A stretch of 64,000 bases of DNA, taken from assembly GCA_944389465.1 (NCBI GenBank), contig CALXML010000003.1, forward strand, positions 20,369 through 84,368. Direction: 5' to 3'. The translations under genes and the position numbers were made by a program. This DNA is from an uncultured Alphaproteobacteria bacterium (GTDB taxonomy: Bacteria > Pseudomonadota > Alphaproteobacteria > Rs-D84). Every line of letters starts with the position of its first letter. Position 1 is the stretch's first letter. Under the pieces are notes generated by a model. That model was not told where the DNA came from. It worked only from the letters and a program-made list of their open reading frames with translations, and did no database searches. Below are positions 37,837-47,457 of this stretch, piece by piece.

Positions 37837-38289
37837 TTAGTCCGACAGTTGACTAATCATATTTGGTAAAAATTGTGGAAAATTTGATTTGAAGTTCAAT
37901 CCATCACGGCACGCAGTGGCACAATTGTTTATGCACATGCCATTGGATGGGAAAGAGGATGCATACACCCATTGTGATACGGCGGGGGATGTCATTTTAC
38001 ACCAGCAATATTTATTGTCATCCGCCGTACCACTGCTGGTCAGGGTGACAGACAGGGTGGCGGACAATTTGCCGGCAGTGTCACCGTTTTGTGATGAACA
38101 GGCGGCAATGCCACTGACTGTTGTTGGGCCACCACGCATTGAACAACTGCCGGACCAGTCCAGATTTCCACTTTGTGCATCAATATTGCATGTCATACTG
38201 GTGTTTAATGCCACACATTTGGTGACGGCCGCGGCGGGCGGAATTATGGCCACGCACAGCAGGCCGGCGATTAATAAATGTTTTTTCAT
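37837..38289 (-). CDS. P1-family small secreted Cys protein (copy c)
   Basis: Start at MKKHLLIAGLLCVAIIPPAAA; NKYCWCKMTSPAVSQWV; C-terminal ISQLSD; RBS GGGAGA. Confidence 0.8.
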   Translation of the reverse strand: MKKHLLIAGLLCVAIIPPAAAVTKCVALNTSMTCNIDAQSGNLDWSGSCSMRGGPTTVSGIAACSSQNGDTAGKLSATLSVTLTSSGTADDNKYCWCKMTSPAVSQWVYASSFPSNGMCINNCATACRDGLNFKSNFPQFLPNMISQLSD

Positions 38290-38495
38290 ATTCTTATCTC
38301 CCTTTTTCATTTTATTGATATGAAAAAACCACCAGAATTTTCGGGTGGTTGGAGTTTAAGAACAATTGAGTGAATTGCGTGGCTTATTCAATATATTCAC
38401 CACACTCCAACCGCTATGGTTGGATTTATTTTTTACGTCCGTTCCCAGACGCACCCAATGGGTTCTTAAGCCCAATGTGGAAACACCCCACATCA
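38290..38495 (-). promoter_or_regulatory. Type-1 structured 5' leader, copy D (subtype II), upstream of P1c/P2c
   Basis: Promoter TTGATT (38528-38523), 16-nt spacer, TATTAT (38506-38501). Helices: ATGTGG/CCACAT, TTAAGAAC/GTTCTTAA, CGTCTG/CGGACG, TCCAACC/GGTTGGA, GTGTGG/CCACGC, CAATT/AATTG. Terminator CCACC/GGTGG plus a U-run. Confidence 0.65.
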
Positions 38496-38603
38496 AATTA
38501 ATAATATCATACGCGTGGGGTAAATCAACATAAATAGTTTGGCGGGCGGTTGGGGGTACCAGTTAACCATTTGCAATTTTATGTGCGTATGTTATAATTA
38601 ATG

Positions 38604-38785
38604 GTCATTGGATGATTACCAATGTGGGGTGTAAGAACCTCTTCTTCGTGCGAACTCCAACACGGGTTGGAGGGTCGTGATATATTTGAATAAGCGACAC
38701 TATTTACGAAGAATAGTTCTTAACCTCCAACCGCCTTTCATCACGGCGGTATTTTTGTTTAATAAAGCAAATTTGGGGGGATAAA
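38604..38785 (+). promoter_or_regulatory. Type-1 structured 5' leader, copy E (subtype I), upstream of XRE regulator 2
   Basis: Promoter TTGCAA (38571-38576), 16-nt spacer, TATAAT (38593-38598). Helices: CATTGG/CCAATG, TAAGAAC/GTTCTTA, CTCCAAC/GTTGGAG, GTCGT/GCGAC, ACTAT/ATAGT. Terminator ACCGCC/GGCGGT plus a T-run (38730-38756). Confidence 0.65.
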
Positions 38786-39013
38786 ATGACAGTAATATTA
38801 TTTGATTCACGCGTGTTGGGCACTGCAATGGCGCATGGACGTAAAAATGCACGCCTGCGCCGTGGTGATGCGGCACGAATGTTAAAAATACAATATAAAA
38901 CATTACGAAAATATGAACAGGGCCAACAAATGATACCAGATGCAATACTGGAAAAATTACTGACATATGGATTTACATTGCTGTACGCCAAACGTACTGA
39001 TTTAAAGCAATAG
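38786..39013 (+). CDS. XRE-family helix-turn-helix regulator (75 aa)
   Basis: ...RRGDAARMLKIQYKTLRKYEQGQQMIPDAILEKLL... HTH pattern; RBS GGGGGGA. Confidence 0.7.
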   Translation: MTVILFDSRVLGTAMAHGRKNARLRRGDAARMLKIQYKTLRKYEQGQQMIPDAILEKLLTYGFTLLYAKRTDLKQ

Positions 39014-39137
39014 ATTTGCAATTACAATTGTGTCATTTCTGGGGTGTTGGCCCACAGAAATGGCACGATATTATTAACCGGATTTAAAAAGATAGGGATG
39101 ACAAGCAAACTGTCCGTAAAAGTCAGATGGTGGACAA

Positions 39138-39887
39138 TTAGTATTGCATTTGAATCTGGTCCATCATTTGGCGTTGCAAATGTAATTGCATAAATTTACG
39201 ACGGGCGGCAATCGCACGTGGTGACGGTATATTATATTTAATTTTTTTCTGTGGTTTTAATGAATATGGTACGGTTATTTTTGCCGACAGTGCGGATTTT
39301 GTTGCATTGCGTTTTGGCGTGTGCGTAATTGTTTCAGCAGAACGTGTACGCTTTTGCAATTTATGTTTTCTGTTGCGTTTGCGCGGACCACGAATAACCG
39401 TATTAATTTGTGTGCCGTTTGTTGTGGCCGAAACAATTTGTGGCGCGGGGGTATTGGTTTTCAAATCCGTCACAGCGGTTGGAACGTTTGGTGTTTGTGC
39501 CAATGGCAATGACGATAATATTTTAAAGTCCGGTGCAGTGTTAATTTTTTGCTGATTCGTTTTATCAATAAAAAATTGTTTCAGTGTCGGGTTAAATAAA
39601 ATAGTTTTTACGCCATTTTGTGTTGATTCATCAATTTGACCGGTTATTGTGTTTAACAGGTATAATTGTGGTACAATACCGTATGGCGTTGCCGAATATT
39701 TTTTGATTGCTATGAATGGTGTGCCATCAAATTGCGCAACAATTTCAAATGGACGCGTTCCAAAGCCAATATTTTTTACACGGCGTAATTTTCCGGTCGC
39801 GCTGCGCATGGTCAACGTATAACGGCCACTGCGTGTACGTACGCATTGCAATGATGCAGCAAATAATTGACTGGTGATATTGTTCAA
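39138..39887 (-). CDS. Hypothetical protein with a very basic C-terminal half, abutting the upstream ABC exporter gene with no gap
   Basis: The ATG (39887) directly abuts the ABC exporter stop (39888-39890). No motif recognised. The C-terminus is rich in K/R (RGPRKRNRKHKLQKRTRS...). Confidence 0.55.
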   Translation of the reverse strand: MNNITSQLFAASLQCVRTRSGRYTLTMRSATGKLRRVKNIGFGTRPFEIVAQFDGTPFIAIKKYSATPYGIVPQLYLLNTITGQIDESTQNGVKTILFNPTLKQFFIDKTNQQKINTAPDFKILSSLPLAQTPNVPTAVTDLKTNTPAPQIVSATTNGTQINTVIRGPRKRNRKHKLQKRTRSAETITHTPKRNATKSALSAKITVPYSLKPQKKIKYNIPSPRAIAARRKFMQLHLQRQMMDQIQMQY

Positions 39888-41735
39888 TTATGCGTCCTTT
39901 TTTGATGTGCGTTTACGTTTCTTTGCAGGGCTGTTTTTTTGTTCTGGTTTAAATTGGATATCGCGCAATTTTTTATATTCGCCGTCCAATGCGACCAATT
40001 CGGCATCAGTTCCCTGTTCAATAATGTGCCCATCCTTTACAACGCATATTATATCAGCATCCAATATGGTTGACAAGCGGTGCGCAATAACAAATGTTGT
40101 GCGGCCACGCATTAAATCACGCAGTGCCGATTGAATTAATTTTTCACTTTGTGTATCCAATGCAGATGTTGCTTCGTCCAGTAACAGAATTGGGGCGTCC
40201 TTTAATATTGCACGTGCGATGGCGATTCGCTGTTTTTGGCCACCGGACAGTAATGCGCCACCTTCGCCGACCTTGGATTTATATTTATGTGGGAATGACA
40301 TAATAAATTCATGCGCGTTGGCGGCGGTTGCAGCGGCGATAACCTGTTCGGTTGTGGCATTTGGCGCGCCGTATTTTATGTTGTCTTCTATTGTGCCATT
40401 GAATAAAAATACGTCTTGGGATACCTCGGCAATATTATTGCGTAATGAATGCAGGGTATATTTTTTTATATCTGTTCCGTTGATTTCAATTTTGCCACGT
40501 TGCGGTTCATAAAAACGTTCAATTAAATTAAACATTGTCGTTTTGCCGCCACCCGATGGGCCAACCAATGCACATACTTTACCGGCCGGCACGTTCAGGT
40601 TAATGTCTGTTAACACCGGTTCATCAGGCACATATGCAAAAGATACGTGGCTGAATTTAACAGACATATTTGTTGGCTGTAATTCAATTGCGTTTTTGGC
40701 ATCAACAATATCCGGACGGCTGTCAAGGAAGTCAAATAAAACCTCGGCCGCCAGCAAGCCATGTTGAATTGTGTTGCTGGTGCTGGTGATACTGCGTGCG
40801 GGTTTATATGCGGCGGTTAATGCCAACAAAAACGCAGTGAAATCACCGGTTGTAATTGCACCACTGACAATAAAATGGCCGCCCGCGATTAATGCCAAAC
40901 ACAGACCAATTGAAATCATTAATTCCAGCAATGGGGATTGCAGGGCGAATGCCTGTGTTCCCTTGTACGAATTAACCATGGATGCATTTAATACTTCTGC
41001 AAATTTATGTGTTTCGGATTCTTCGTTGGCGAATGCCTGAATGGTTTTAATTCCGTGCAAAGTTTGATTCAGATGTTGTGAAACGTCATTCGCAATGCCA
41101 AACGATTCGCGCGATAATTTGCGACGCCGACGCATAATCAGCACCATTGGAATCATAATCGCCGGAACCAAGAATAATAAAACTGCACATAATTGTGGGG
41201 CATAATAAATCATTAATCCCAATGTCATGGCCAATGTGGCGATTTGCTGAACGGTATTAATTAATGTGCCGGTAACCAGATTTAAAACTGCGCCCGCCTG
41301 AACACTGAAGTAATTCAAGTGTTTCCCAATGCCATCGCCATAGAATTTAGAAATGTTCATTTTAACCATATGGTTATAAATGCGCTGTTGTAAATTTGCA
41401 CTGGCGTTCAGGCCGGCCTTGGCCATTAATAATGATTTGGCGTAACTGAACACGCCCTTGAATCCGAATGCGGCAATAACCTGCAGGCCAAAAAAGTATA
41501 TGTTTGCCATACTTTTTTGAATAAAGGCCTTGTCCACGACCTGTTGAACAAGTGTGATGGTGTAAGCCTCGGCCCCAGCGGCGCAAATGGTTGCGATTAC
41601 GCCCGCCACCAGCCATTTCCATTGCGGTTTTCCGATTTCACGCCATACGCGTCCATACAGTGACCATTTAATGCGACCGTTGGATTCGTCGCCCTTGATA
41701 AGTTTTTTTATACTTTTCTTTATATTTTTTAACAT
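39888..41735 (-). CDS. MsbA-like ABC transporter (fused permease + ATPase)
   Basis: Six-TM N-terminal half. Walker A GPSGGGKTT, signature LSGGQKQR, Walker B ILLLDEATSALD. Confidence 0.88.
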   Translation of the reverse strand: MLKNIKKSIKKLIKGDESNGRIKWSLYGRVWREIGKPQWKWLVAGVIATICAAGAEAYTITLVQQVVDKAFIQKSMANIYFFGLQVIAAFGFKGVFSYAKSLLMAKAGLNASANLQQRIYNHMVKMNISKFYGDGIGKHLNYFSVQAGAVLNLVTGTLINTVQQIATLAMTLGLMIYYAPQLCAVLLFLVPAIMIPMVLIMRRRRKLSRESFGIANDVSQHLNQTLHGIKTIQAFANEESETHKFAEVLNASMVNSYKGTQAFALQSPLLELMISIGLCLALIAGGHFIVSGAITTGDFTAFLLALTAAYKPARSITSTSNTIQHGLLAAEVLFDFLDSRPDIVDAKNAIELQPTNMSVKFSHVSFAYVPDEPVLTDINLNVPAGKVCALVGPSGGGKTTMFNLIERFYEPQRGKIEINGTDIKKYTLHSLRNNIAEVSQDVFLFNGTIEDNIKYGAPNATTEQVIAAATAANAHEFIMSFPHKYKSKVGEGGALLSGGQKQRIAIARAILKDAPILLLDEATSALDTQSEKLIQSALRDLMRGRTTFVIAHRLSTILDADIICVVKDGHIIEQGTDAELVALDGEYKKLRDIQFKPEQKNSPAKKRKRTSKKDA

Positions 41736-41858
41736 AGCAATATATTATAAAATGTGCGCCTTTTCCTGTCCAGTGAAAGATTTTATTCACTTTTTTATAT
41801 TTTTAATTTGACAATATTGCCAAAAGTGTATAAAATTCATTCGCTTTCAAAGAGTTTT

Positions 41859-41934
41859 GGGGTCATAGCTCAGTTGGTAGAGCACCTGCTTTGCAAGCAG
41901 GGGGTCGTCAGTTCGAGTCTGATTGGCTCCACCA
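41859..41934 (+). tRNA. tRNA-Ala (anticodon UGC)
   Basis: GGGGTCA/TGGCTCC acceptor with the G3:U70 identity pair, anticodon loop TTTGCAA, T-arm GTCAG-TTCGAGT-CTGAT, and an encoded CCA. Confidence 0.9.
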
Positions 41935-41967
41935 AAAATAAATGCGTTAAAGGGGGTGAATTGTACG

Positions 41968-42174
41968 ATGGTAAAAGTTCTGGTTCGCGATAATAACGTT
42001 GAACAGGCACTGCGCGTTGCAAAACGTAAATCACAGAAAGAAGGCCTGTACCGCGAAATGAAAGAACGTCAGCGTTATGAAAAACCAACCACTAAACGCA
42101 AACGTTTAAAGGAAGAAGCCGTTCGCAATGAAAAAAAACGTCAATCAAAACAGCGTATGGTTTTCGGATTCTAA
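41968..42174 (+). CDS. rpsU: 30S ribosomal protein S21
   Basis: Start at [40 protein letters not shown]. Confidence 0.92.
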   Translation: MVKVLVRDNNVEQALRVAKRKSQKEGLYREMKERQRYEKPTTKRKRLKEEAVRNEKKRQSKQRMVFGF

Positions 42175-42179
42175 ATAAA

Positions 42180-42203
42180 AAATCGCCCAATTGGGCGGTT
42201 TTT
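42180..42203. terminator. Bidirectional terminator (rpsU / polA)
   Basis: AAAAAT-CGCCC-aatt-GGGCG-GTTTTT. Confidence 0.75.
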
Positions 42204-42232
42204 ATTTTTGATATTTTTTTTGTTGTAACAAA

Positions 42233-45010
42233 CTATTTCCCCCAGAATTTTCCAATTACATAATCTGCCGCCAATGGAACAGACAGTTTTGCAACGTTTT
42301 TCATCGCGCTTTCTATGCGTTTGGCAAATTCGTCGGCAACGTTTTCATCGCATTCAAATATAATTTCATCGTGCACCTGCATAATCATACGGATTTTATC
42401 CGCATTTGGTTGCATTATTTCACTGTTAATTTTTACCATGGCGCGACGCATCAGGTCGGCTTCAAATCCCTGAATTGGGGCGTTTATTGCCGCGCGCATT
42501 GCATATGCGCGGGTGCGGGGATTTTTAACCTCGGGCAATTCTATGCGGCGACCCCATGGGGTGTATACGCATGCGTGTGCAGTTGCGAAATTTTTTATAT
42601 ATTCAATGTATTCCCGTATTTCAGGCAGTCCCGCCATATATGAATTTATTATATTTTGCGCATCGGCCCGTGAAATACCCAATTGCCCCGACAGGCCAAA
42701 TGATGATATGCCATAAATAATAGAAAAGTTTACCGTTTTTGCGGCGCGTCTGTATTCTTTGGGTACGGGTGCGTCGTTTGGAATGCCGAATATTTGGCGG
42801 GCTGTTTGTTCGTGAATGTCGTGGCCAGCGTTAAAAGTTTCCTTGAACGTTTTTACATTTGCGACATCCGCCAACAAACGCAATTGAATTTGTGAATAAT
42901 CAGCAGATATTAATACGCGACCCGCCGGTGCAACAAAGCATTTCCTGATTTCTTCGCCCAGTTCGGTTTTAATTGGTATGTTTTGCAAATTGGGGTCACG
43001 GCTGGACAGGCGGCCTGTATTTGTGCTGGTTTGTAAATATGTTGTATGAATGCGACCGTCGGATGCAATTTGACGCGGCAATGCGTCCGCGTATGTGCCG
43101 GCCAATTTTGCAATTGAACGCCAATTTAATATTTTTTCAATTATTGGGTGGGTATCAACTATATCATTTAATGTTTCTGCATCTGTGGAACGCTTTTTAT
43201 TTGCAGGCAACTGCATTTCGTCAAACAGGACCGTGCCCAATTGTTTCGGACTGGCGATATTAAATTCATGGCCAGCCAATTCCCAAATTTCAGATTCCAG
43301 TTTTGTTAATTGTTGGTGAAAAACACTGGATAATTGTTGCAGCCCGTTTTTATTTACCAATACACCAGTGCGTTCCATTTGCATCAGAATTGGCATTAAC
43401 GGCAAATCACACGTATCATATAATTCACGTAATTTTTCATTATCATTTAATTGTGGGCGCATTAAATTGTACAGTGCCATGGTGATGGTTGCATCTTCGG
43501 CCGCATAGGGTGTGGCAACAGATATATCCAGTTTATCAAAGTGCATATCTGCATCACGTGTTTTGGGTGGAAACAGCGAAGCAAAGGATATATTCGTATG
43601 TGCCAAATACTTTTGCGCCAATTCATCCAAACCGTGTCCATGCAATGTGCCATGCAATGCATATGACAATAACATTGTATCATCAATTGGTGAAATTTTT
43701 GATGTGTCCCAGCCATCGTTTTCCAATATGTGCAAATCGTATTTCAGATTGTGACCTATTTTTACAATGTTTTTATTGATAAATATTGGCCACAACTTTT
43801 CACGGACAATATCCATACTTAATTGATTTGGGGCGATTTTGTTTTCAGCAAATAAATCGTCACTGTTTGTAAAATGGCGAATCGGAATATATGCGCCATG
43901 CGAATCGTTTGTTGCCAATGATATACCAACAATTTTTGCAGTCAGGTAATTCAAGCCCGTTGTTTCAGTATCAATGGCGATTTTGTCAGTTACAGTTTTT
44001 AAAAATTTATCCAGCGCGTCCGTGGTTGTGATGGTTTCATATGTTAATTTGCGCGCTGATATATTTTTGGATTGTGTTACCGATTCGGTATTAATTTCAC
44101 AGTGTGAACCGGCAAAATCAAACGCCGCAGGGCGGGGCGCGCCCTTGAACTGTTCCAGTGGAAACAGTTTTTCTATTTTTACCGCCAATGAATTGCTTTC
44201 CAATTTATTGCGAACAAAATCCAATGCGGCCGGTGTGTTAAATACAAAAGGTTCTATTTTTAATCCGGTTAAATCAACATCTGTTTTTAAAGTGACCAGT
44301 TTTTTTGAAATATACGCGCTGTCGCGATTATCGCGTAATAAATTTCTGGTGCGTTCATTTTTTACATCATCCAAATGTTCGTACAGTGCGTCCAATGAAC
44401 CGAATTGATTTATCAGTTCAGATGCTTTTTTAGGGCCAATTCCCATAACACCGGGGACATTATCAGACGAATCGCCCATTAAACTTTGTACATCAACAAC
44501 CTGATTTGGATGAACACCGAATTTTTCCAGTACCTGTGGTTCGCGGATTTCACGGTCCTTCATTCCGTCGTATAAAAATACGCAATCAGATACCAATTGC
44601 ATTAAATCTTTGTCACTGGTGATAATGCGTGTTGCGTCGTGGCCGGTACAGTTTTCGCGTGCCAATGTGGCGATTACGTCGTCGGCCTCTACATTTGGGA
44701 TACACAAAACAGGCACCCCCATTGCAGCAACGCCGTCGCGCACCAAATAAGATTGTGAAATTAAATCGGGTGGTGTTTCACTGCGATTAGCCTTGTACGC
44801 GGGATAAATATCCTGACGGAAAGATATACGTGATGCATCAAACACGCATACAAACGAATCGTTTGGTTTTGCCGCGGCCAAGATTGGTAAAATCATATTG
44901 AAAAATCCGTATACTGCACCTGTGGGCGTACCGTCGCTGCGTGTCAGGCGACTGTGTACGCCGTAATATGCACGGAATAATATGGAATTACCATCTATCA
45001 GTGTCAGCAT
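42233..45010 (-). CDS. polA: DNA polymerase I
   Basis: 925 aa. 5'-3' exonuclease N-terminus (MLTLIDGNSILFRAYYG), a 3'-5' exonuclease-like middle, and the polymerase motifs ADYSQIQLRLLA and QVHDEIIFE. Confidence 0.96.
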   Translation of the reverse strand: MLTLIDGNSILFRAYYGVHSRLTRSDGTPTGAVYGFFNMILPILAAAKPNDSFVCVFDASRISFRQDIYPAYKANRSETPPDLISQSYLVRDGVAAMGVPVLCIPNVEADDVIATLARENCTGHDATRIITSDKDLMQLVSDCVFLYDGMKDREIREPQVLEKFGVHPNQVVDVQSLMGDSSDNVPGVMGIGPKKASELINQFGSLDALYEHLDDVKNERTRNLLRDNRDSAYISKKLVTLKTDVDLTGLKIEPFVFNTPAALDFVRNKLESNSLAVKIEKLFPLEQFKGAPRPAAFDFAGSHCEINTESVTQSKNISARKLTYETITTTDALDKFLKTVTDKIAIDTETTGLNYLTAKIVGISLATNDSHGAYIPIRHFTNSDDLFAENKIAPNQLSMDIVREKLWPIFINKNIVKIGHNLKYDLHILENDGWDTSKISPIDDTMLLSYALHGTLHGHGLDELAQKYLAHTNISFASLFPPKTRDADMHFDKLDISVATPYAAEDATITMALYNLMRPQLNDNEKLRELYDTCDLPLMPILMQMERTGVLVNKNGLQQLSSVFHQQLTKLESEIWELAGHEFNIASPKQLGTVLFDEMQLPANKKRSTDAETLNDIVDTHPIIEKILNWRSIAKLAGTYADALPRQIASDGRIHTTYLQTSTNTGRLSSRDPNLQNIPIKTELGEEIRKCFVAPAGRVLISADYSQIQLRLLADVANVKTFKETFNAGHDIHEQTARQIFGIPNDAPVPKEYRRAAKTVNFSIIYGISSFGLSGQLGISRADAQNIINSYMAGLPEIREYIEYIKNFATAHACVYTPWGRRIELPEVKNPRTRAYAMRAAINAPIQGFEADLMRRAMVKINSEIMQPNADKIRMIMQVHDEIIFECDENVADEFAKRIESAMKNVAKLSVPLAADYVIGKFWGK

Positions 45011-45030
45011 TTATCCCGCATCCTTTGGGC

Positions 45031-45567
45031 TTAAAATACATAGCGTAATTTCAGGCGGGCTTCATATTGTAAAAAGTCCGGTTTCAGACCCGCATATTCA
45101 TAAATATCAGCGGCGTACAGGGCGCGGCCCTCTATATCAACGTCAATTGGTAATACTGGTATATCAAAAGTTACACCCAACATTGCCTGATACGCGGCGA
45201 CGGAATCAATATCAATAAAATCGTCATCTGTGCCACTGAATATATTACCAATACCGACACCAATATATGGTTTAGCCACTGGGAAAGGCATTTTTGCATA
45301 TGCGTTTATCATACCGATGTGCATATTAATGCTGTCTGCGGTCAGATAGTCGTATTCTAATTCAAAACGAAATACAGGAATATCAATTCCCAAAACAGCA
45401 CCATATGATTGGGCGGATTTGGATACATCTGTGTCGTTTGCAAAAACCGTTGCGCCACCAACACCAACCATTGCACCCGCGTATACATCAAACAGTGCAC
45501 CTGCATTGGCCGCGCCAGAAAAACTGATAACTGCGGCAGTTAAAATACCTGCATATTTTAATTTCAT
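45031..45567 (-). CDS. Small outer-membrane beta-barrel protein (OmpW/opacity-porin-like)
   Basis: Signal peptide ...SGAANA; alternating hydrophobic strands; terminal ...LKLRYVF. Confidence 0.7.
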   Translation of the reverse strand: MKLKYAGILTAAVISFSGAANAGALFDVYAGAMVGVGGATVFANDTDVSKSAQSYGAVLGIDIPVFRFELEYDYLTADSINMHIGMINAYAKMPFPVAKPYIGVGIGNIFSGTDDDFIDIDSVAAYQAMLGVTFDIPVLPIDVDIEGRALYAADIYEYAGLKPDFLQYEARLKLRYVF

Positions 45568-45612
45568 ATTTTTCTCCTTTATATGATATTATAATAAAAA
45601 AAAGAGATACAT

Positions 45613-46134
45613 ATGCAAGAAAATAAACCAATTTTAGTTGTTGGACTGGGGAATATTGGTACACAGTATGAAAAAACGCGTCATAATGTTGGCTTTATGG
45701 CTGTGCGGCATTTTGTTCCGGACAATGCCACGTGGAAAAGCGAACATAATGCATTAACGTATTCTGAAAATATTGATGGGCGACGGATTATTTTTGCGTT
45801 ACCACAAACGTTTATGAATAACAGTGGGGCGGCTGTTGGTGCGCTGGCGCGATTTTATAAAATTCCGAATGAAAATATAATTGTTATTCATGATGATATG
45901 GATTTAAAAACAGGTGATTTACGTGAAAAAGTTGGCGGCGGCAGTGCAGGGCACAATGGAATAAAATCAATTGATGCCGCCATTGGTGCGGATTATCGCC
46001 GTATCAGAATTGGAATTGCACATCCGCGGGATTTTGATTTGCCTGTGATGCCGGCTGATTGGGTTTTGGGTAAATTTACTGATGCAGAAATGAACCGCAT
46101 AAATGCGGCCATTTCAAAAATAGTATTATTTTAA
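45613..46134 (+). CDS. pth: Peptidyl-tRNA hydrolase
   Basis: ILVVGLGNIGTQYEKTRHNVGF ... HNGIKSI motifs. Confidence 0.93.
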   Translation: MQENKPILVVGLGNIGTQYEKTRHNVGFMAVRHFVPDNATWKSEHNALTYSENIDGRRIIFALPQTFMNNSGAAVGALARFYKIPNENIIVIHDDMDLKTGDLREKVGGGSAGHNGIKSIDAAIGADYRRIRIGIAHPRDFDLPVMPADWVLGKFTDAEMNRINAAISKIVLF

Positions 46135-47363
46135 TAATATATTTTTTCAGGCAAAGTTTCTTGTGCTGGCAAATGAAAGCATCTTTTTTCGTTGCCATTA
46201 CTGGTGTCGCAAAATTGCGTGCCATTCGTTCCAGTCAGCATATAACATTTTTCTATTGACGACGCGCCAGCGTCACTGGTTGTGCCGGCTGGACAATCTT
46301 GCTGTATGCCACCGGTGCAATAATGACCCGCGTTACAAGATGAAAATACTGGTTTTAAGTTTATTGTTGTAGAGCCCAGTGGTACATCACCGTTTGCGTT
46401 TATTGTTGGGGCGGCGCACGGCGAACCGTCGCCATATGTACATTCATAATGTTGAAATATTTTACCGGCGTCTATGTTGCCTGCATATGGTAAAGCCTTG
46501 TGTCCATTGTATTCTTGGTTGTCGTCTATTGTAAAATTCTCAACATGCCAAGTGGTTGTTCCATTGGAATTATAATAATTTATTGTTATTTCTAGATTTC
46601 CCCAACATGCATACAGTCTTTTATCAGACAATAATTCATTCCAATTTTTTACGAATTTGCCACTTACATCAAAATATAATGAACTTCCGCAATCCTTTGC
46701 TTTGTCGCTGGTTGAATATCCCTTGAAAGTTTTAATCGGTGTGTTTGGTTGTAAAACACCAGATGGCAGGGAGGTTGACCATTCAGATGACGCCGCATCG
46801 GTTGCAAAACCGATACCATACTTTGCATAGGCTGTATAATTCTTATATTCTGCGTCTTCAAATGGCCAACCCAAACTTATCAATGCAGTATTTTTTAGTA
46901 ATTCCAGTTTAAAAACCTTTGGTTGGCATCTGTTTGCTTGGGTATTTCCTGTTGCACCAGATGATGCGTAATTGCCACTGCCTGTAACATCAAATGTTTG
47001 ATTACCTTCTTTTGCCTCGTATCCACTGGGACAGTCTGTGCATCCAAAATTGTTGCCTGTTGACCAATATTGATTTGCTTGGCAGGTCACGGTCCACGGA
47101 CAGGTGTTTGATGTTTGACCGGCGTATTCATCACCTGTTAAAAAGTGGGAATTTGTACCACGTGGTTTTACTGTACAGGATTTGCATTTTTCGCCGGCAG
47201 TACTGTTATAAGTGCCCGCAGTGCATAAATCGCAACCCAATAAGCCCGTTTGTTCACAGCCAGCGGGACATTTGCCATCAGTTTTTGTGCATTCGGTGAC
47301 CGCCGCCATTGCGGTCGCGTTAAAAATACACAGGCATAATATTGTGAAAAATATCCGTTTCAT
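46131..47363 (-). CDS. Secreted cysteine-rich protein with ephrin-receptor-like / GCC2_GCC3-type repeats (410 aa)
   Basis: Signal peptide MKRIFFTILCLCIFNATAMA. Repeats such as CDLCTAGTYNSTAGEKCKSC, CTDCPSGYEA and CPAGTTSDAGASSIEKC. Convergent 4-nt overlap with pth. Confidence 0.75.
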   Translation of the reverse strand: MKRIFFTILCLCIFNATAMAAVTECTKTDGKCPAGCEQTGLLGCDLCTAGTYNSTAGEKCKSCTVKPRGTNSHFLTGDEYAGQTSNTCPWTVTCQANQYWSTGNNFGCTDCPSGYEAKEGNQTFDVTGSGNYASSGATGNTQANRCQPKVFKLELLKNTALISLGWPFEDAEYKNYTAYAKYGIGFATDAASSEWSTSLPSGVLQPNTPIKTFKGYSTSDKAKDCGSSLYFDVSGKFVKNWNELLSDKRLYACWGNLEITINYYNSNGTTTWHVENFTIDDNQEYNGHKALPYAGNIDAGKIFQHYECTYGDGSPCAAPTINANGDVPLGSTTINLKPVFSSCNAGHYCTGGIQQDCPAGTTSDAGASSIEKCYMLTGTNGTQFCDTSNGNEKRCFHLPAQETLPEKIYY

Positions 47364-47430
47364 TTATTCCCTGCCAACACTGTTTTAATATTTTTATATT
47401 TGCACGTTTATGATTTTGTGTCAAATGTAA

Positions 47431-47457
47431 AAAATCCGGCATAATGCCGGATTTTTT
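47431..47457. terminator. Bidirectional terminator
   Basis: AAAA-TCCGGCA-taa-TGCCGGA-T6. Confidence 0.8.
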
